Positions 56,361 through 61,950 of a stretch of DNA of 61,950 nucleotides are shown one piece after another. The stretch lies in contig CAYPOI010000004.1 of assembly GCA_964412365.1 (NCBI GenBank), positions 1 through 61,950 on the forward strand, in the 5' to 3' direction. The stretch comes from an uncultured Chitinophagales bacterium. Its GTDB lineage: Bacteria > Bacteroidota > Rhodothermia > Balneolales > HLUCCA01. The notes beneath the pieces were generated by a model. That model was not told the origin of the DNA, did no database searches, and saw only the letters and a list, made by a program, of their open reading frames with translations. Position numbers and translations under genes: made by a program. How positions within the stretch are numbered: position 1 is the first letter of the stretch; the number at the start of each line of letters is the position of its first letter.

Positions 56361-57325
56361 GCGTGTGTTTCTCCGTCGTTGTGATCCAGATCTTGGCGTT
56401 CATTCAATCCAGCCAAAACCTTGTGCGCGGATTCGTGTTCATGTTCAGGTTCCATATGCAAGGTAACCACGGCATCGCCATTCACGGCATTCATGATGCG
56501 TTTTTCCAAGATGGTGCTGATCTGATGCGCGTCTTTCAAGGTGAGATCGTCATCCATCAGCACATGCAATTCCACCCATGTGGTGTGTCCGGTGGTGCGG
56601 TGACGCAGTTTGTGCCACGACTTGATCTGATCCGGCAATTCATTTTCCAATACCGCCCGAATGCGCTTATCCTGGGCTTCATCCACGGTGTCCATGATGC
56701 CGCGGATGGCAAACCGCATCAGTTTTCCGCCCTCATACATGATGTATAAGGCCACGCCTGCCGCCACGATCACATCTAAAATGGTGAGCCCGGTGAATTC
56801 GATGAGGATGAGGGTGACCACGACGCCCGCGCTCGTCCACACATCTGTCATGGTGTGTTTTCCATTGCCGATGAGGATGTTGTTCTGTTCCTGTTTCCCG
56901 ACGCGGATCAGATAACTACCCAATATCAGATTCAAAATGCCTGCGCCGGCCACCACGATCATCCCTTCTTTCAAATGATCGGGTTGGAGACCCAGAATGA
57001 GGTGGATGGCCGATTGATACAAGATTCCGATGCCCGCAAAAAAGATGACGGTTCCTTCCACGCCCACGGATAGGAATTCGATGCGCTCGTGTCCGTAGGT
57101 GTGGGTCGCATCCGCCGGTTTCATACTCAGCCAAACGCCATAGAAAGCGAACGACACAGCCAGGAGATGCACCAGCGATTCGGCCGCATCCGACAGAACC
57201 GTGTTCGAACCGGTGATCCAATACCCTGAGCCTTTGATGATCAACGACGCGACGGACACCATCAGGCTGATGGCGATGGCGCGTTTCACGCGGTCGTTTG
57301 AGGCGGTCAGTTCAAGTCGGTGCAT
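56357..57325 (-). CDS. cation diffusion facilitator (CDF) family transporter
   Basis: Six predicted TMs, SDAAESLVH and HTMTDVWTS motifs, and a C-terminal cytoplasmic domain (HKLRHRTTGHTTWVELHVLM). 4-nt overlap with usp. Confidence 0.9.
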   Translation of the reverse strand: MHRLELTASNDRVKRAIAISLMVSVASLIIKGSGYWITGSNTVLSDAAESLVHLLAVSFAFYGVWLSMKPADATHTYGHERIEFLSVGVEGTVIFFAGIGILYQSAIHLILGLQPDHLKEGMIVVAGAGILNLILGSYLIRVGKQEQNNILIGNGKHTMTDVWTSAGVVVTLILIEFTGLTILDVIVAAGVALYIMYEGGKLMRFAIRGIMDTVDEAQDKRIRAVLENELPDQIKSWHKLRHRTTGHTTWVELHVLMDDDLTLKDAHQISTILEKRIMNAVNGDAVVTLHMEPEHEHESAHKVLAGLNERQDLDHNDGETHA

Positions 57326-57329
57326 AGCT

Positions 57330-57337
57330 TAATTTTG
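57330..57337 (+). promoter_or_regulatory. possible -7 promoter box (TAnnTTTG)
   Basis: taattttg lies 39 nt upstream of the apparent TTG start of the CCA-enzyme gene. Confidence 0.25.
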
Positions 57338-57375
57338 GGTATTTTAGGCACTATACCAACGATTATTTTACGGTT

Positions 57376-58782
57376 TTGACCGGACTCGACCCCACCCATA
57401 TCACCCTGTTTCAGACCGTATCGGAAGTGGCCCAGAAATTGGGTCAGCCCGTGTATGTGGTCGGCGGATATGTGAGGGATTATTACCTGAATCGGCTTCG
57501 TCCGGACAAAGAGCCTGATATCGACTTCGTGACCATCGGCTCGGGAATCGCCTTCGCCGAAGCCTTGGCCAAGGAGTTGAAAACCACCCAGGTCGCCGTG
57601 TTCAAGCAATTCGGAACCGCGCAAGTGGGATGGAAGGGGATGCATCTCGAATTCGTTGGTGCGCGGAAGGAAAGCTATCGCGTCGAATCACGGAAGCCGA
57701 TTGTGGAAGACGGAACCTTGGAAGACGACCAGAAACGCCGTGATTTCACCATCAATGCGCTGAGTTGGTCGCTGAATAAAGAGGATTTCGGAACGTTACT
57801 CGATCCCTTTGGCGGCGTCCGGGATCTGCAGGATCGCGTGATCCGCACGCCGCTCGATCCCGACATCACATTCAGTGATGATCCGCTCCGCATGCTGCGC
57901 GCGGTTCGCTTTGCTTCGCAGCTCAGTTTTGATATCGATCCGGTCACGTTCGAAGGCATCAAGGTGATGGCGAACCGCCTCGACATCATTTCCAAAGAGC
58001 GTATCCTCGACGAGCTGAACAAGATCATCCTGTCGCCGATTCCATCTACCGGATTCGCATTACTATTTGAAAGTGGCTTGCTAGGCACGTTTTTCCCCGA
58101 AATGGTGAAGCTCCATGGCGTGCAAGAAGTGGAGAATTACCGGCATAAAGACAATTTCTGGCACACATTGCAGGTATTGGACAATGTGGCGATGGTGAGC
58201 GACGACCTGTGGCTCCGCTGGGCCGCCATCCTGCATGATATCGCCAAGCCGAATACCCAGAAATTTGTGGATGGGATCGGATGGACGTTCCACGGACACG
58301 ATGCCGTGGGCGCAAACATGACCAAGCGCATCTTCACCCGACTGGGATTGCCGCTCGATGAGCGGATGCGGTTCGTGCAGAATCTGGTGCGCTTGCATCT
58401 GCGTCCGATTGCGTTGGTAAAGGAAGAAGTGACGGAATCCGCACTCCGTAGACTGTTATTTGATGCGGGTGAAGACCTCGAAGCGCTCATGATGCTCTGC
58501 CGGGCCGACATCACCAGCAAGAACGACCGCAAAGTTCAGAAATATTTAGCCAATTTCGCTTCGGTGGAAGAACGCCTCGTCGAAGTCGAAGAGAAAGACA
58601 AGTTGCGGAACTGGCGTCCACCTATTTCCGGCGAAGACATCATGAACGCGCTGAATTTGCCGCCCGGTCCTGAAGTGGGCAAAATCAAGAAGCAGATTGA
58701 AGAAGCGATTTTGGAGGGAAAGATTCCGAATGAGCGTGATGCGGCCTATGAGTTTATGATGGACGTGGGAAGGGAGAAGTAG
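57376..58782 (+). CDS. cca: CCA tRNA nucleotidyltransferase / poly(A) polymerase-family protein with HD domain
   Basis: YVVGGYVRD, DIDFVT, RDFTINAL, and HD domain WAAILHDIAKP. Apparent TTG start. Confidence 0.85.
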   Translation: MTGLDPTHITLFQTVSEVAQKLGQPVYVVGGYVRDYYLNRLRPDKEPDIDFVTIGSGIAFAEALAKELKTTQVAVFKQFGTAQVGWKGMHLEFVGARKESYRVESRKPIVEDGTLEDDQKRRDFTINALSWSLNKEDFGTLLDPFGGVRDLQDRVIRTPLDPDITFSDDPLRMLRAVRFASQLSFDIDPVTFEGIKVMANRLDIISKERILDELNKIILSPIPSTGFALLFESGLLGTFFPEMVKLHGVQEVENYRHKDNFWHTLQVLDNVAMVSDDLWLRWAAILHDIAKPNTQKFVDGIGWTFHGHDAVGANMTKRIFTRLGLPLDERMRFVQNLVRLHLRPIALVKEEVTESALRRLLFDAGEDLEALMMLCRADITSKNDRKVQKYLANFASVEERLVEVEEKDKLRNWRPPISGEDIMNALNLPPGPEVGKIKKQIEEAILEGKIPNERDAAYEFMMDVGREK

Positions 58783-58795
58783 GTTTCCGGTAGAT

Positions 58796-58946
58796 GCTGT
58801 CCGCAAGTATCACTTAACAAATACGTTATGTGCCGTATTTTGGCAATTATTTGTGCCAGATTACGTAATAATTTCGGCTCGCATATATATAGATAACAAT
58901 CAACTACGTCGATTTGATAGGGCAATAAGTAACGCTGTCCGCAAGT
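58796..58946. repeat. 13-bp perfect direct repeats flanking an AT-rich segment
   Basis: gctgtccgcaagt occurs at 58796-58808 and again at 58934-58946, inside the longest non-coding gap of the window. Confidence 0.85.
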
Positions 58947-59210
58947 CAATATATACTCATGTCAAATTCTCCCTTCATCTGGGTACGATAATCCGGATCA
59001 CGGACTCGCAGAATGATAGAATCCGCTTGTTTATTCACCTCAAGCGAAAGAACCTAGAGGTTCAAGTCATCGAGTCGTTGACGTGGTATTAGAGTCTCCT
59101 TGAATAGGGTTTATACCCTAATAAGGCCGAAAAAACGGATATCTTGCAGAATCAGGCACAGATTCCGGATAAGTTTCCCACTGACAACCGAAAACCGACA
59201 ACTGAAAACG

Positions 59211-60071
59211 ATGCTCATCGCCAAATCCTACGCCAAACTCAACCTCGGTCTCCGTGTAATACGGCGTAGGGATGACGGCTATCACGATATCCAGACGGGT
59301 TTTGTGTTCATCAATTGGTACGATAAGCTCGAAATCGCGCCGGCGGCGGAGACTCATTTTCGTTGCAATCGGCCGGATGTGCCCACCGACGACACCAATC
59401 TCATCCTCAAAGCGCTGAAGCTGCTGCGCACAGATTCCGGAAAGAAGCTGAACGTCCGCATTCAGCTCAGCAAATCCATTCCCATGGGCGCCGGACTCGG
59501 CGGTGGCAGCTCGAACGCCGCACTGATGCTCCGCATGCTCAACCAGCTGGAGAACCTGGGCTACTCCGATGACGATCTTGCGGCTTTAGGGTCCCGGCTG
59601 GGTGCCGATGTGCCTGTCTTCATTCACGGTCAGACCGCCATTGGGTCAGGCATCGGCGACGCCCTCATCCCGGCCGACATCCAACCCGACGCTTGGATCG
59701 TCACCGTCTTTCCCAATCAACATAGTTCCACCGCCGACGCGTATCGCTTTTGCTCCCCCTACGAAGACGAATCTCTCGACGTGGGAAGCACCTTGCGCGA
59801 CTATCCCATCGAGCAATGGCCGACATTCTTGGTGAACGACCTCGAACCGCCGGTCATGGAAATCCTGCCAGTGATAGGAGATTTGAAAGACCAATTCTAT
59901 GATTTAGGTGCAGCTTATTCGGCGATGAGCGGATCCGGGTCGAGCGTATTCGGCATCTTTGAAATGGAACATCTCGCATTTGAAGCCTTCGAATACCTCA
60001 AGCAAGAAGGGTACGCGGCCAATCTCACGCTTCCCAATTTCGTGCCGGACAAGCTCATCCATCAGAGATAA
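59211..60071 (+). CDS. ispE: 4-(cytidine 5'-diphospho)-2-C-methyl-D-erythritol kinase
   Basis: The ATG at 59211 gives MLIAKSYAKLNLGLRV. GHMP kinase motif PMGAGLGGGSSNAA. The listed start at 59100 adds an implausible basic extension. Confidence 0.9.
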   Translation: MLIAKSYAKLNLGLRVIRRRDDGYHDIQTGFVFINWYDKLEIAPAAETHFRCNRPDVPTDDTNLILKALKLLRTDSGKKLNVRIQLSKSIPMGAGLGGGSSNAALMLRMLNQLENLGYSDDDLAALGSRLGADVPVFIHGQTAIGSGIGDALIPADIQPDAWIVTVFPNQHSSTADAYRFCSPYEDESLDVGSTLRDYPIEQWPTFLVNDLEPPVMEILPVIGDLKDQFYDLGAAYSAMSGSGSSVFGIFEMEHLAFEAFEYLKQEGYAANLTLPNFVPDKLIHQR

Positions 60072-60124
60072 ACGCCTTTTTCGTATTTTGCACCCTCCGT
60101 TAGGGACACATCTATTCATTTTAC

Positions 60125-61950
60125 ATGGCTAAAACGCATACTATCGACGCGCGTCGCGCATTGGACACCAAATCCATTCAAGAGGGAATCCAAGAACATC
60201 TTCGCTTCACGTTGGCGAAAGACGAATATTCGGCCACCGATTGGGATGTCTATCGCAGCATCGTGCTCGCCGTGATGGACCGCCTGCATGAGCGCTGGAT
60301 CAACACCCAACAAACCTATTACAAAGAAGACCGCAAACGCGTCTATTACTTGTCGATGGAGTTTCTCATCGGCCGGTTGCTGGACAATGCCGTCATCAAC
60401 CTTGGGATTCAAGACGAAGTGCGCGAAGCCGTCACCAAAATGGGGTATGACTACGACAAGCTTCGCGACGAAGAACTCGACGCGGCGCTAGGGAATGGCG
60501 GATTGGGTCGCTTGGCGGCTTGCTTCCTCGATTCGATGGCCACGCTCGGCATCGCGGGGTATGGTTATGGTATCCGATATGATTTCGGGATCTTCCATCA
60601 GCAGATCGAACAAGGATTCCAGGTAGAGCGACCCGATACATGGCTTCGGTTTGGAAATCCGTGGGATATCGTCCGCCCGAAAGTCTTCTATCCGGTCTAC
60701 TTCTATGGCGAATCCGTGCCGTACACCGACGAAAAAGGTGTGCTGCGTTTCAGATGGCAGAACGGACAAAAAGTGATGGCGTTGGCGCACGACATGCCGA
60801 TTCCGGGTTACAAGAACGAGACGGTGAACAACCTGCGTTTGTGGAAGGCCACATCCCCTAAATCATTGGATCTTCGCAGTTTCAACCAGGGTGAGTACAT
60901 CGATGCAATCCGCGACATCCAGCTGACGGAAAACATCTCTCGCGTACTGTATCCGAACGATAAAGTGTTTGTGGGACAAGAACTTCGCCTCAAGCAGGAG
61001 TACTTCTTGGTATCGGCTACGTTGCAGGACATCCTGCGTCGATTCAAGAAAATCCACGGAAATAATTTCGCGGTGCTTCCGGATAAAGTCGCCATCCAGT
61101 GCAACGACACCCATCCGAACTTGGCGGTACCAGAACTGATGCGGATTCTGATGGATGAGGAAGGCTTGGATTGGGATGCAGCCTGGGCGATTGTGACGAA
61201 AACGATCGCATACACGAACCATACGATTCTGCCGGAAGCGCTCGAAAAATGGCCTGTATCGCTGATGCGCAACATGTTGCCGCGTCACTTGCAAATCATC
61301 TATGAGATCAACAAACGCTTCCTGAACAAGGTGCATGACACGTTTGGAGAGGATGTGAACCGTATCCGCCGCATGAGCATCATCAGTGAAGGCGAACATC
61401 CATCCGTCCAGATGGCGACGCTTGGTATTGTGGGCTCTCACAAGGTGAATGGGGTTGCTGCGCTGCATTCGGATCTCATCAAAAAAACGATCTTCAAAGA
61501 TTTCGTGGAGCTCTGGCCCGAGAAATTCACGAACAAGACGAATGGCATCACGCCACGGCGCTGGCTGCGTCAGTGCAACCGCGAGTTGGCGGATCTGATC
61601 ACATCCAAAATCGGAGAAAGCTGGGTGACCCACCTCGATGATCTGAAAAAAATCGATCATTTGGCCACGGATAAAGCCTTTGTGAAGGAATTCGCAGCGA
61701 TCAAACGTCGCAATAAGGAAAAACTGGGTGCCTACATTCTAGAGAAGATGGATGTGAAGGTGAGTCCGGATGCGATGTTCGACATCCAGATCAAGCGAAT
61801 CCACGAGTATAAGCGCCAGTTGATGGCGGCCCTGCATACCGCGGTGCTGTACAACCGCATCAAGGCGGATCCCTTGGGCAAGTTCCAGCCTCGCGTGGTG
61901 CTGTTCGGTGGGAAAGCGGCGCCGGGTTATTACATGGCGAAAATGCACAT
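60125..61950 (+). CDS. glgP: glycogen/maltodextrin phosphorylase (GT35), 3' end outside window
   Basis: Not in the supplied ORF track because there is no stop inside the window. Hand translation from the ATG at 60125 gives MAKTHTIDARRALDTKSIQEGIQEHLRFTLAKD...YYLSMEFLIGRLL...GNGGLGRLAACFLDSMATL...AYTNHTILPEALEKWP...VLFGGKAAPGYYMAK. The frame stays open to base 61950. Confidence 0.92.
   Translation, partial: MAKTHTIDARRALDTKSIQEGIQEHLRFTLAKDEYSATDWDVYRSIVLAVMDRLHERWINTQQTYYKEDRKRVYYLSMEFLIGRLLDNAVINLGIQDEVREAVTKMGYDYDKLRDEELDAALGNGGLGRLAACFLDSMATLGIAGYGYGIRYDFGIFHQQIEQGFQVERPDTWLRFGNPWDIVRPKVFYPVYFYGESVPYTDEKGVLRFRWQNGQKVMALAHDMPIPGYKNETVNNLRLWKATSPKSLDLRSFNQGEYIDAIRDIQLTENISRVLYPNDKVFVGQELRLKQEYFLVSATLQDILRRFKKIHGNNFAVLPDKVAIQCNDTHPNLAVPELMRILMDEEGLDWDAAWAIVTKTIAYTNHTILPEALEKWPVSLMRNMLPRHLQIIYEINKRFLNKVHDTFGEDVNRIRRMSIISEGEHPSVQMATLGIVGSHKVNGVAALHSDLIKKTIFKDFVELWPEKFTNKTNGITPRRWLRQCNRELADLITSKIGESWVTHLDDLKKIDHLATDKAFVKEFAAIKRRNKEKLGAYILEKMDVKVSPDAMFDIQIKRIHEYKRQLMAALHTAVLYNRIKADPLGKFQPRVVLFGGKAAPGYYMAKMH

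Noticed and set aside
59059-59068. ggttcaagtc resembles a tRNA T-arm/T-loop (GGTTCRANTCC), suggesting a tRNA or tRNA fragment (att-site remnant).
   Set aside because: The flanking bases do not form a T-stem, and no acceptor or anticodon arms can be drawn. No cloverleaf is possible in 58783-59210.
58853-59092. 79-aa ORF (GTG start) in the cca-ispE gap, considered as a possible small gene.
   Set aside because: It has atypical codon usage (many ATA, AGA, AGG), a non-ATG start and no recognisable motif, and one of the 13-bp direct repeats lies inside it. It is kept only as part of the intergenic-region finding.
1-61950. Striking over-representation of GGATG/CATCC (FokI-like pentamer). Hand sampling found several copies per 300 nt in some stretches, against well under one expected.
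   Set aside because: In every sampled case the pentamer sits in frame as NNG-GAT-GNN (Asp followed by Val or Ala) on the coding strand. It is therefore explained by codon choice and context rather than by a dispersed motif. This was not quantified genome-wide.

Overview
This is a dense chromosomal segment of about 42 genes with very little non-coding DNA, and most of it is housekeeping. It looks like an FCB-group bacterium (Bacteroidota/Rhodothermota/Balneolota-like). The evidence for that placement is a SusC/SusD pair, a T9SS C-terminal sorting domain on a subtilase, TamB next to a lipobox-bearing TamA-like protein, a half-size glycogen synthase next to a DUF4270-like lipoprotein, and TAnnTTTG promoter-like boxes. 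Gene content falls into these groups. Envelope biogenesis: tamA/tamB, lptB, a LolC/E-type permease, a MurF-type ligase and PBP4. Secreted peptidases: GGT, two M14 enzymes, an S8 enzyme, a D-aminoacylase-like protein and a class A beta-lactamase-like protein. Transport: a SusCD importer, an ABC exporter pair and a CDF transporter (with Usp). Nucleic acid and nucleotide metabolism: an AddAB-type helicase-nuclease pair, Ppx/GppA, purS-purQ, miaA, rho, a CCA enzyme and ispE. Glycogen metabolism: glgB-malQ-short glgA, plus glgP, which runs off the 3' edge and is absent from the supplied ORF track. I saw no rRNA, tRNA, CRISPR array, transposase or integrase. The only accessory-looking gene is a solo Fic gene. 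It is AT-richer than its neighbour, and its control region carries a 17-bp perfect palindrome and four helically phased GATAC repeats. The best candidates for something new are: (1) the SusCD pair, flanked only by secreted D-stereospecific or peptidoglycan-type peptidases, which may be a peptide or muropeptide utilisation locus; (2) a MurF-type ligase whose N-terminal domain is replaced by a polytopic membrane domain; (3) the Fic control region; (4) a 428-bp AT-rich gap with 13-bp direct repeats. All calls come from motif recognition by eye. No database searches or computations were run, and start codons are best guesses.
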